Both the position numbers and the translations under genes were made by a program. A stretch of 64,000 bases of DNA, from contig CP086569.2 of assembly GCA_009914755.4 (NCBI GenBank), positions 11,904,001-11,968,000 on the forward strand, in the 5' to 3' direction. Under the pieces are notes generated by a model that did no database searches, was not told the DNA's origin, and saw nothing but the letters and a program-made list of their open reading frames with translations. Origin of the DNA: the human T2T-CHM13v2.0 reference genome, Homo sapiens. How positions within the stretch are numbered: position 1 is the stretch's first letter; every line of letters starts with the position of its first letter. Shown piece by piece: positions 1 through 12,776 of the stretch.

Positions 1-273
1 AGGAATGGAATGGAATGGAGTGGACTCAAAAGGAATGGACTCGAAAGGAATGGAGTCCAACCAAATTGAATGAAATGGATTGGAGTCGAACAGAATGGAA
101 TGGAATGGAATGAACTCGACTGGAGTAGAGAGGAATGTAAAGGAATAGAATGGAATGTAATCAAATGGATTGCAAGTGAATGGAATCAAAAATAATAGAA
201 AGGAATGGAGTGTAAAGGGATCATATTGAATATAATGGAATGGAATGGAATTTAATGGAATGGAGTTGAAGGA
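1..273 (+). repeat. 3' tail of an upstream 5.5-kb HOR copy (its 1.38-kb-like terminal subunit); truncated by the window edge.
   Basis: Positions 1-273 align with the ends of later 5.5-kb copies (e.g. 5590-5865, 11150-11423: '...ggaatggagtggactcaaaaggaatggactcgaaaggaatggagtccaaccaaattgaat...'). The phase marker ATGGACAGGAATGTAATGGACTCCAATGG begins at 274. Confidence 0.7.
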
Positions 274-3200
274 ATGGACAGGAATGTAATGGACTCCAAT
301 GGAATGGAATGGATGAAAATGGATTTGAACAGATTGGAATCGAACGGAATGGAATGCAATGGAATGGAATGGACTCGAATGGAGAAGAGACAAATGGAAT
401 GGAAACGAATTCAATGGAATTGAAAAGAATAGGATGGAATGGCGTGTAATGGTAAGATACTAAATGGAATGGAATTGAATGGAATGGAATGGACCCAAAT
501 GTAATGCACTCGAAAGGAATATACTCAAATAGAATGGAATCGAAAGGAAAGGTCTCAAATGGAATTTATTCAATACAATGGAATCGAATGGAATGCAATA
601 GAATGGAATGGAATCGAATGTAATGGAATCAAATAGAATGGACCAGAATGGAATGGACTGCCATAGAACGGACTGCAGTGTAATGGATTGAATTCTAATT
701 CATTCAAATGGAATGGAATTGAATGGAATGGAATCCAATGGAATGGATAGGATTGTACTGGAATGGAATAGCATGGAATGCAACGGAGTGGAATGGAGTT
801 GAATGAAGTGGAATGGAATCGATTGGAATGGAATCAAATGGAATGGACGGGAATGGAATGGACTGGAAGAGAACAGACTCGAATTTAATGGATTGCACTG
901 TAATTGATTCAAATGGAATGGAATCGAATGGAATGTAATAAAATTGAAGGGATTTGAGTTCAATGCAATGGAATAGAATGGAATGCAAAGGAAAGGAAAG
1001 GAACGGAGTGAAATCGAGTGTAATGGAATCGAATGGAATGAAATGGAATGGAATGGACTCAAAAGAAATGGACGAGGGACAAAACGGAATCGAACTGATT
1101 GGAATCGAACGGAACGGAATGGAATGGAATGGTCTCCATTGGATTGGAGTAGAACGGACTGGAATGGAATGGAATGAAATGGAATGGAAAGGAATAGAAT
1201 GGAACGGAATGGAATGGAATGGAATGGAATGGAAGGTAATGGAAAGATATCGAACGGATTGGAAAGGAATGGAATGGACCCTAATGGAATGGAATAGAAT
1301 TCAACAGAAACGAATGGAATGGACTGGAGTGAAATGGAGTCGAATGTAATTGACTGGAGTGGAATGGACTCGAAAGGAATGGACTCGAATAGAATGGACT
1401 GGAATGGATTGTACTCGAATGGAGTGGAAAGGAATACAATGGATTCCACCAGATTGGAATGGAACAGAATGTAATGGAATGGAATGGAATGCAATGGAAT
1501 AGCTCCAATGGAATGGAGTCGAATGCAATGGAACAGAAAGGAAAGGAATTGAATGGAATTGAAAGGAATAGAACAAAATGGAGTGCAAAGGAAAGATATC
1601 GAATGGAATGGATCGAAAAGAAATCGAATGGAATGGACAGGAATGGAATGGAATAGAATGGAATAGACTGGCGTGCAATGAAAACGAATGGAATGGAAAC
1701 GAATGGAATGCAATGGAAAGGAATGGAGTAGAATAAATACTATGGAATGGAATGGAGGCGAAAGGAAAAGAATGGATTGGAATGTCACCGAATGGAAAGA
1801 TATGGAATGGAAAGGAATGGATACGAATGGAATGGAATAGAAAGGAACGGAAAGGTAAAGAATGGAATGGAATCGGATAGAATGGAATGCAATGTAATGG
1901 AGTCGAATGGAAAATAATCGTGTAGAATGATATCGAATGGAATGGAATTGAATGGAATGGAATGGAATGGACTCGAATGGAATGTACTCAAATGGATTAG
2001 AATAGAATGGAATGGAACTAAACGTAATGAACTCGAATGGAATGGACACAAATAGAATGGAAGAGAAAGGAATGGTATTGAATGGAATTTATTCGAATAG
2101 AGTGGAATTCAATGGAATGCAACAGTGTGGCATGGAATCAAATGGAATGGAATCGAATGGAATGGACCCGAGTGGAATGGACTCACATAGAACAGCCTCG
2201 AATGTAATGGATGACAATGTATTAGATTCGAAAGGACTGAAATCGAATGGAATGTAATCAAGTAGAACGGAATTGAATGCATGGAATGGCATGGAAAGTA
2301 ACGCAATGGAATGGAATAGACTGGAATGGAATGGAATCGGATGGAATGTAATGAAATGTAATGGAAGGAATGCCATGGAATGGAATGGAATGGAATGCAA
2401 TGGGACGGTGTATAATGGAGTGCAATGGATTTCAGTGGAATGTAGTCCAAAGGAAAGAAATATAATGGAATTCAATAAAATGGAATGGCATCCAATGGCA
2501 AGGAATGGAGCGGACTCCAATGGAAACGACATGAAAGGAATATAATATAATGAAATGGCATTGAACGAAATGGAATGCAATGGAGTTAAAAGGTAAAATA
2601 TCGAATGGAAAAGAATTGAATGGACTCGAAAGGAATATAATGGAATGGAATGGACTCGAATGGAATGTACTAGAGTTGAATGGAATCGAATGGAATGGAA
2701 AACAATGGAAAGGAAAGGAAGGGAATTGAAAGGAAAGGAATAGAATGGAATGGAATCGGATGGAACGGAATTGAATGGAATGGAAACTAAAGGAATAGAA
2801 TAGAAAGGAATCGCATTGAATGGAATGGAATGGAATGGAATCAGATGGAACAGAAAGGAATGGAATAGAATCGAATGGAATGGCATCGAATGGATGGAAT
2901 GGAATGGAATGGAATGGAATAGAAAGGTATGGAATGGACTCGAATGGAATGTACTCAAATGGAATAGAATAGAATGGAATGGAAGTAAATATAATGGACT
3001 CGAATGGAATGCATTGGAATAAATTGGAATTGAGTGTATTGGATTCGAATGGAAAGGAATGGAATGGAATGGAATGGAGTGGAATGGATTGGAATGGAAT
3101 GGAATCGAATGGAATTTAACGAATTGTAATGTAATTGAATGGAGTCAAAAACGGTAGAAAGAAATAGAGTTTCATCGAATGATATCGAATGGAATTGAAT

Positions 3201-5865
3201 GGAATGTACGCGAATGGAATGGACCGGAATGGAATGGAGTGACATGTAACGGAATCGAAAGGAATGGAATCCAATGAAATGGAATTGAATGGAATAGAAA
3301 TGAATAGAATGGAATGGAGATTAATGGAAAGATATTAAAATAATGGAATGGAATTGAGTGGATACGAATGGAATGGACTGGAATGGAAAGGACTCGAATG
3401 AAATGGAGCGCATTAGAATGGACTCGAATGGAATGGATTGGAGTGGAATGGTCTCGAATGGATTGGAAAGGAATGGAATGGAAAGGAATAGAATGGAATG
3501 TAATCAAATGGAACGAAATGGAATGGAATGGATTCGACTGGAGCAGAATTGAATGGAGTGGAATTGAATGGAATGGAATGCAATCGAATGGAATGGACAC
3601 GAATCGAATAGAATGAAATGAAATGGCATAGAATGGAATGGAATGGAATAGAAAGGAATGGAATGGAATGGAACGGAATGGAATGGCATGGAATGGAATG
3701 GCATGGCATGGAATGGAATGGAATGGAATGGAATGAAATGGATTGGACGGGGATGGGCCCAAAAGTAATAGACTCAAATAAAAGGGACTCAAATAGAATG
3801 AAGTGGAAAGAAACGGTCTCGAATGTAATTTATTCGAATAGAATGATATTGAATGGAATGCAATAGTATGGAATGGTATCGAATATAATGGAATAGAATG
3901 CAATGGAATGGAACGGAATGGAGTGCAATTGAACGGACTCAAATGCATTAAATTGCAACATAATTGATTCAAATGGAATGGAATCGAATAGAATGTAAAC
4001 AAATGGAATGGAAGGCAATGCAATGGAAAGCAATCGAATGAAATGGAATAAATGGAATGGAATGGAATGGAATGGAAAGGACGCGAATATATTGGACAGT
4101 TAAGGAAAGGTGTCAAATCGAATTTATTCCAATAGAATGGAATCGAATGGAATGCAATACTATTGAATCGAATCGAATGAAATGGAATTGAATGGAATGG
4201 ACAGGAATGGAATGACCTGGAAGTGAATGGACAGGAACGTAGTATATTGCAATGTAATTTATTCTAATGGAATGGAATGCAATCGAATGGAATGGACTCG
4301 ATTGGAATGGACTGGAGTGGAATGGACTCAAATGGAATGGCAAGGAATGGAATGGAATGGAATGGAAAGCAAAGGAATCTACTGGAATAGAATCGAACGG
4401 AACAGAATGGAATGGAATGTAATGGAGTGGAATGGACTCGAATGGAATGTATTCGAATGTAATGGACCTAAAAAGGAATGGAATCCAATGGAATGGAATT
4501 GAATGGAATCAAAAGGAATAGAAAGGAATAGAGTGTAATTGAATGATATCGAAAGGAAGGGAATGGCATGAACTCGAATGGAATGCACTGGAATGGAATG
4601 GACTCGATCAGAACGGACCGGAGAGGAATGTACACAAATGGAATGGAAACGAATGGAATGGAATGAAATGGAATGGAATGAAATGGAATTGAAAGGAACG
4701 GAATCAAATGGAATGGAATGGAATGGAATGGATTGGAATAGAATGGATTCAAATAAAATAGAATCGATGGGAATGGTATTGAATGAAAGGGACTTGAATG
4801 GAATGGAAAGCAATGGAAGATATTGGAATCGAATGGCATCGAATGAAATGGAATGGAACGGAATGGAACGGAACCGAATGGAATGGAATGGACTCAAATG
4901 TAATGGACACCAATGGAATCGACTGAAATATAATAGTATTGAAAGGAATGGCCTCGAGCGGAATTTATTTGAATAGAATGGAATCAAATGGAATACAATA
5001 CCATTGAATGGAATCGAATGGAATGGAATCGAATGGAATGTAATCAAATGGAATGGAACGGAATTCAATATAATGGAGTAGAATGGAATGCATTGGAAAG
5101 GAGCAGAGTGGAATCAAGTGGAATGGAATCGAGTGGAATGGAATCAATGGGAACAAAATCGAATTGAATGGACTTGAATGGAATTGACTCGAAAGGAACG
5201 GACTGGAACAAAAAGGAATCAAATGGACAGGAATGGGATGGAATGGACACGAATGGAATGGAGTCAAATGCAAACGCATCGAATGGAATGGATTGAAATG
5301 GAATGCAGTGGAATGGAACAGAAAGGAAGAGAATGGAATTGAGAGTAATGGAAAGATATCGATTGGAATGAAATGGAATGGAAAGGAATTGAATGGAAAG
5401 GAATGGAGTGGAAAGAAATGGATTGGAATGGAATGGTCTCCAATGGAATGGACTGGAGTGGAATGGAATCGAATAGAATGAAAAGAATGGAACGGAATGG
5501 AACGGAAAGGAATAGAATGTTATGGAATCCGATTGGACAGAATGGAATGGAATGGAGTTTCATGAAATGGAGTCGAATAGAGTGTCATCAAAAGGAATGG
5601 AATGGAATGGAGTGGACTCAAAAGGAATGGACTCGAAAGGAATGAAGTCCAACCAAATTGAATCAAATGGATTGGAGTCGAACAGAATGGAATGGAATGG
5701 AATGAACTCGACTGGAGTAGAGAGGAATGTAAAGGAATAGAATGGAATGTAATCAAATGGATTGCAAGTGAATGGAATCAAAAATAATAGAAAGGAATGG
5801 AGTGTAAAGGGATGATATTGAATATAATGGAATGGAATGGAATTTAATGGAATGGAGACGAAGGA
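274..5865 (+). repeat. 5.5-kb HOR copy U1 (5592 bp).
   Basis: The phase marker ATGGACAGGAATGTAATGGAC recurs at 274 and 5866. Once-per-HOR landmarks are present: 'gaattctaattcattc' at 690-705 and a GGGCCC-containing degenerate patch at ~3750-3835. Confidence 0.8.
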
Positions 5866-8800
5866 ATGGACAGGAATGTAATGGACTCCAATGGAATGGA
5901 ATGTATCAAAATGGATTTGAACAGATTGGAATCGAACGGAATGGAATGCAATGGAATGGAATGGACTCGAATGGAGAAGAGACAAATGGAATGGAAACGA
6001 ATTCAATGGAATTGAAAAGAATAGGATGGAATGGCGTGTAATGGTAAGATACTAAATGGAATGGAATTGAATGGAATGGAATGGACCCAAATGTAATGCT
6101 CTCGAAAGGAATATACTCAAATAGAATGGAATCGAAAGGAAAGGTCTCAAATGGAATTTATTCAATACAATGGAATCGAATGGAATGCAATAGAATGGAA
6201 TGGAATCGAATGTAATGGAATCAAATAGAATGGACCAGAATGGAATGGACTGCCATAGAACGGACTGCAGTGTAATGGATTGAATTCTAATTCATTCAAA
6301 TGGAATGGAATTGAATGGAATGGAATCCAATGGAATGGATAGGATTGTACTGCAATGGAATAGCATGGAATGCAACGGAGTGGAATGGAGTTGAATGAAG
6401 TGGAATGGAATCGATTGGAATGGAATCAAATGGAATGGACGGGAATGGAATGGACTGGAAGAGAACAGACTCGAATATCATGGATTGCAATGTAATTGAT
6501 TCAAATGGAATGGAATCGAATGGAATGTAATAAAATTGAAGGGATTGGAGTTCAATGCAATGGAATTGAATGGAATGCAAAGGAAAGGAAAGGCACGGAG
6601 TGAAATCGAGTGTAATGGAATCGAATGGAATGAAATCGAATGGAATGGACTCAAAAGAAATGGACGAGGGACAAAACGGAATCGAACTGATTGGAATCGA
6701 ATGGAACGGAATGGAATGGAATGGACTCCATTGGATGGGAGTAGAACGGATTGGAATGAAATGGAATGGAAAGGAATAGAATGGAATGGAAAGGAAGGGA
6801 AGGTAACGGAAAGATATCGAACGGATTGGAAAGGAATGGAATGGACGCTAATGGAATGGATTGGAATTCAACAGAAACGAATGGAATGGACTGGAGTGAA
6901 ATGGAGTCGAATGTAATTGACTGGAGAGGAATGGACTCGAAAGGAATGGACTCGAATAGAATGGACTGGAATGGATTGTACTCGAATTGAGTGGAAAGGA
7001 ATAAAATGGATTCCACCAGATTGGAATGGAACAGAATGTAATGGAATGGAATGGAATGCAATGGAATGGCTCGAATGGAATGGAGTCGAATGCAATGGAA
7101 GAGAAAGGAAAGGAATTGAATGGAATTGAAAGTAATAGAATTAAAAGGAGTGCAAAGGAAAGATATCGAATGGAATGGATCGAAAAGAAATAGAATGGAA
7201 TGGACATGAATGGAATGGAATAGAATGGAATAGACTGGCGTGCAATGAAAACGAATGGAATGGAAACAAATGGAATGGAATGGAAAGGAATGGAGTAGAA
7301 TAAATACTATGGAATGGAATGGAATGGAATGGAATGGAATGGAATGGAGGCGAAAGGAAAAGAATGGATTGGAATGTCAACGAATGGAAAGATATGGAAT
7401 GGAAAGGAATGGATACGAATGGAATGGAATAGAAAGGAATGGAAAGGTAAAGAATGGAATGGAATCGGACAGAATGGAATGCAATGTAATGGAGTCGAAT
7501 GGAAAATAATCGAGTAGAATGATATCGAATGGAATGGAATTTAATGTAATGGAATGGAATGGAATGGACTCGAATGGCATGTACTCAAATGGATTAGAAT
7601 AGAATGGAATGGAACTAAACGTAATGAACTCGAATGGAATGGACACAAATAGAATGGAAGAGAAAGAAATGGTATTGAATGGAATTTATTCGAATAGAAT
7701 GGAATTCAATGGAATGCAACAGTGTGGCATGGAATCAAATGGAATGGAATCGAATGGAATGGACCCGAGTGGAATGGACTCACATAGAACAGCCTCGAAT
7801 ATAATGGATGACAATGTATTAGATTCGAAAGGACTGAAATCGAATGGAATGTAATCAAATAGAACGGAATTGAATGCATGGAATGGCATAGAAAGTAATG
7901 CAATGGAATGGAATAGACTGGAATGGAATGGAATCGGATGGAATGTAATGAAATGTTATGGAAGGAATGCTATGGAATGGAATGGAATGGAATACAATGG
8001 GACGGTGTATAATGGAGTGCAATGGATTTCAGTGGAATGTAGTCAAAAGGAATGAAATAGAATGGAATTCAATATAATGGAATGGCACCCAATGGCAAGG
8101 AATGGAGCGGACTCCAATGGAAAAGACATGAAAGGAATATAATATAATGGAATGGCATTGAACGAAATGGAATGCAATGGAGTTAAAAGGTAAAATATCG
8201 AAGGGGAAAGAATTGAATGGACTCGAAAGGAATATAATGGAATGGAATGGACTCGAATGGAATGTACTAGGGTTGAATGGAATCGAAAGGAATGGAAAAC
8301 AATGGAAAGGAAAGGAAGGGAATTGAAAGGAAAGGAATGGAATGGAATCGGATGGAACAGAATTGAATGGAATGGAAACTAAAGGAATAGAATAGAAAGG
8401 AATGGCATTGAATGGAATGGAAATGAATGGAATCAGATGGAACAGAAAGGAATGGAATAGAATCGAATGGAATGGCATCGAATGGATTGGAATGGAATGT
8501 AATGGAATGGAATGGAAAGGAATGGAATGGACTCGAATGGAATGTACTCAAATGGAATAGAATAGAATGGAATGGAAGTAAATATAATGGACTCGAGTGG
8601 AATGGATTGGAAGAAATTGGAATTGAATGTATTGGATTCGAATGGAAAGGAATGGAATGGAATGGAATGGAATGGAATGGAATGGAAAGCAATGGAATGG
8701 ATTCGAATGGAATGGAACGAATTGGATTGTAATTGAATGGAGTCGAAAACAGTAGAAAGAAAAGAAGTTTAATCGAATGATATCGAATGGAATTGAATGG

Positions 8801-11423
8801 AATGTACGCGAATGGAATGGACTGGAATGGAATGGAATGGAATGACATGTAATGGAATCGAAAGGAATGGAATCGAATGAAATGGAATTGAATGGAATAG
8901 AAAGGAATAGAATGGAATGGAGTTTAATGGAAAGATATTAAAAGTAATGGAATGGAATTGAGTGGACACAAATGGAAAGGAATGGAATGGAAAGGACTCG
9001 AATGAAATGGACCGCATTAGAATGGACTCGAATGGAACGGATTGGTGTGGAATGGTCTCGAATGGATTGGAAACGAATGGAATGGAAAAGAATAGAATGG
9101 AATGTAATCAAATGGAACGAAATGGAATGGAATGGATTCAACTGGAACAGAATTGAATGGAGTGGAATTGAATGGAATGGAATGCAATCGAATGGAATGG
9201 ACACGAATCGAATAGAATGAAATGATATGGCATAGAATGGAATGGAATGGAATGGAATGGAATGGAATGGAATGGAATGGCATGGAATGGAATGGAATGG
9301 CATGGAATGAAATGGATTGGAATGGGATGGGCCCAAAAGTAATGGACTAAAATAAAAGGGACTCAAATAGAATGAATTGTAAAGAAACGTTCTCGAATGT
9401 AATTTATTCGAATAGAATGATATTGAATGGAATGCAATAGTATGGAATGGTATCGAATAGAATGGAATGGAATGGAACTTAATGGAGTGCATTTGAACGG
9501 ACTCAAATGCAATAAATGGCAATATAATTGATTCAAATGGAATGGAATCGAATAGAATGTAAACAAATGGAATGGAAGGCAATGCAATGGAAAGGAATCG
9601 AATGAAATGGAATAAATGGGATGGAATCGAATGGAGAGGACACGAATATAATGGAATGTCAAGGAAAGGTCTCGAATCGAATTTATTCCAATAGAATGGA
9701 ATCGAATGGAATGCAATACTATTGAATCAAATCGAATGGAATGGAATTGAATGGAATGGACAGGAATGGAATGAACTGGAAGTGAATAGACAAGAACATA
9801 ATATATTGCAATGTAATTTATTCAAATGGAATGGAATGCAATAGAATGGAATGGACGCGATTGCAATGGACTGGAGTTGAATGGACTGAAATGGAATTTA
9901 AACGAATGTAATGGAATGGAACGGAAAGCAAAGGAATCTACCGGAATGGAATCGAACGGAACAGAAAGGAATGGAATGGAGTGGAATGGACTCGAATGGA
10001 ATGTATTCGAATGTAATGGACCGGAAAGGAATGGAATCCAATGGAATGGAATTGAATGGAATCAAAAGGAATAGAAAGGAATAGAGTGTAATTGAATGAT
10101 ATCGAATGGAAGGGAATGGAATGAAGTCGAATGGAATGCACTGGAATGGAATGGACTCAATCAGAACGGACTGGAGAGGAATGTACACAAATGGAATGGA
10201 AACGAATGGAATGGAATGAAATGGAATGGAATGCAATGGAATTGAAAGGAACGGAATCAAAAGGAATGGAATGGAATGGATTGGAATAGAATGGATTCAA
10301 ATAAAATAGAATCGATTGCAATGGTATTGAATGGAAGGGACTTGAATGGAATGGAAAGCAAAGGAAGATATTGGAATCGAATGGCATCGAATGAAATGGA
10401 ATGGAACGGAATGGAACGGACCCGAATGGAATGGAATGGACTCAAATGTAATGGACTCGAATGGAATCGACTGAAATATAATAGACTCGAAAGGAATGGC
10501 CTCGAGCGGAATTTATTTGAATAGAATGGAATGAAATGGAATACAATAGTATGGAATGGAATCGAATGGAATGGAATCGAATGGAATGTAATCAAAGGGA
10601 ATGCAACGGAATTCAATATAATGGAGTAGAATGGAATGCATTGGAAAGGAGCAGAGTGGAATCGAGTGGATTGGAATCGAGTGGAATGGAATCAAAGGGA
10701 ACAAAATCAAATTGAATGGACTTGAATGGAATTGAGTCGAAAGGAATTGACTCGAAAGGAATGGACTGGAACAAAAAGGAATCAAATGGACAGGAATGGA
10801 ATGGAATGGACTCGAATGGAATGGAGTCAAATGCAAACGCATCGAATGGAATGGATTCAAATGGAATGCAATTGAATGGAATAGAAAGGAAGAGAATGGA
10901 ATTGAGAGTAATGGAAAGATATCGATTGGAATGAAATGGAATGGAAAGGAATTGAATGGAAAGGAAAGGACTCGAAAGAAATGGGTTGGAAAGGAATGGT
11001 CACCAATGGAATGGACTGGAGTGGAATGGAATCGAATGGAATGAAAAGAATGGAACGGAATGGAACGGAAAAGAATAGAATGTTATGGAATCCGATTGGA
11101 CAGAATGGAATGGAATGCAGTTTCATGAAATGGAGTCGAATAGAGTGGCATGAAAAGGAATGGAATGGAGTGGACTCAAAAGGAATGGACTCGAAAGGAA
11201 TGGAGCCGAACCAAATTGAATCAAATGGATTGGAGTCGAACAGAATGGAATGGAATGGAATGAACTCGACTGGAGTAGAGAGGAATGAAAAGGAATAGAA
11301 TGGAATGTAATCAAATGGATTGCAAGTGAATGGAATCAAAAATAATAGAAAGGAATGGAGTGTAAAAGGATGATATTTAATTAAATGGAATGGAAAGGAA
11401 TTTAATGGAATGGAGTCGAAGGA
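5866..11423 (+). repeat. 5.5-kb HOR copy U2 (5558 bp). It directly precedes the first 1.378-kb array and shares variants with U8 and U3.
   Basis: Marker at 5866 and 11424. Landmark 'gaattctaattcattc' at 6282-6297. Shared with U8: 'atcgaatggaatggatcgaaaagaaatagaatggaatggacatgaatgg' at ~7160 and at ~52780. Confidence 0.8.
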
Positions 11424-12776
11424 ATGGACAGGAATGTAATGGACTCCAATGGAATGGAATGGATCAAAATGAATTTGAACAGATTGGAATCGAACGGAAT
11501 GGAATGCAATGAAATGGAATGGACTCGATCAGAACGGACTGGAGAGGAATGTACACAAATGGAATGGAAACAAAAGGAATGGAATGAAATGGAATTGAAA
11601 GGAACGGAATCAAATGGAATGGAATGGAATGGATTGGAATAGAATGGATTCAAATAAAATAGAATCGATTGCAATGGTATTGAATGGAAGGGACTTGAAT
11701 GGAATGGAAAGCAATGGAAGATATTGGAATAGAATGGCATCGAATGAAATGGAATGGAACGGAATGGAACGGACCGGAATGGAATGGAATGGACTCAAAT
11801 GTAATGGACTCGAATGGAATCGACTGAAATATAATAGACTCGAAAGGAATGGCCTCGAGCGGAATTTATTTGAATAGAATGGAATCATATGGAATACAAT
11901 AGTAGGGAATGGAATCGAATGGAATGTAATCGAATGGAATGTAATCAAATGGAATGGAACGGAATTCAATATAATGGAGTAGAATGGAATGCATTGGAAA
12001 GGAGCAGAGTGGAATCGAGTGGATTGGAATCGAGTGGAATGGAATCAAAGGGATCGAAATCGAATTGAATGGACTTGAATGGAATTGAGTCGAAAGGAAT
12101 TGACTCGAAAGGAATGGACTGGAACAAAAAGGAATCAAATGGACAGGAATGGAATGGAATGGACTCGAATGGAATGGAGTCAAATGCAAACGCATCGAAT
12201 GGAATGGATTCAAATGGAATGCAATTGAATGGAATAGAAAGGAAGAGAATGGAATTGAGAGTAATGGAAAGATATCGATTGGAATGAAATGGAATGGAAA
12301 GGAATTGAATGGAATGGAATGGACTCGAAAGAAATGGATTGGAATGGAATGGTCTCCAAAGGAATGGACTGGAGTGGAATGGAATCGAATGGAAAGAAAA
12401 GAATGGAACGGAATGGAACGGAAAGGAATAGAATGTTATGGAATCCGATTGGACAGAATGGAATGGAATGCAGTTTCATGAAATGGAGTCGAATAGAGTG
12501 GCATCAAAAGGAATGGAATGGAGTGGACTCAAAAGGAATGGACTCGAAAGGAATGGAGTCGAACCAAATTGAATCAAATGGATTGGAGTCGAACAGAATG
12601 GAATGGAATGGAATGAAGTCGACTGGAGTAGAGAGGAATGAAAAGGAATAGAATGGAATGTAATCAAATGGATTGCAAGTGAATGGAATCAAAAATAATA
12701 GAAAGGAATGGAGTGTAAAGGGATGATATTGAATTAAATGGAATGGAATGGAATTTAATGGAATAGAGCCGAAGGA
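11424..12776 (+). repeat. 1.378-kb subunit copy c1 (1353 bp; ~25-bp internal deletion).
   Basis: Reads '...aaatggaatggaaacaaaaggaatggaatgaaatggaattgaaaggaacgg' where other copies have '...ggaaacgaatggaatggaatgaaatggaatggaatgcaatggaattgaaaggaacgg'. Shares 'aatcatatggaatacaatagtagggaatgg' with c3. Confidence 0.75.

Noticed and set aside
690-705. Orientation switch or inversion of the array at the 'gaattctaattcattc' motif.
   Set aside because: The opposite-orientation stretch is only ~16 bp. GGAAT orientation on the + strand resumes immediately and is constant across the window, so there is no true strand switch.
700-2049. Long ORFs throughout the six-frame track (e.g. 449 aa at 700..2049 (-), 332 aa at 35658..36656 (-), 395 aa at 25739..26926 (-), 192 aa at 14155..14733 (+)).
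   Set aside because: Translations are pure low-complexity pentamer read-through (IPFHSIPFHS... on the minus strand, MEWNGMEWNG... on the plus strand). They are open only because GGAAT/ATTCC lack stop codons in those frames. Overlapping ORFs exist on both strands and in multiple frames at the same place, and there are no start/stop context or codon-usage signals. These are not genes.
3745-3840. Non-pentameric patches (GGGCCC patch, A/G-rich 'cagtagaaagaaaagaagtttaatc' at ~8740, 'ggtaagatactaaatgg' at ~450) as possible transposon fragments or unique-sequence islands.
   Set aside because: Each is under 100 bp and is flanked seamlessly by satellite. Each recurs at the same HOR phase in every copy, with no poly-A tail, target-site duplication or recognisable Alu/L1 signature. 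They are degenerate satellite monomers that became fixed in the HOR.
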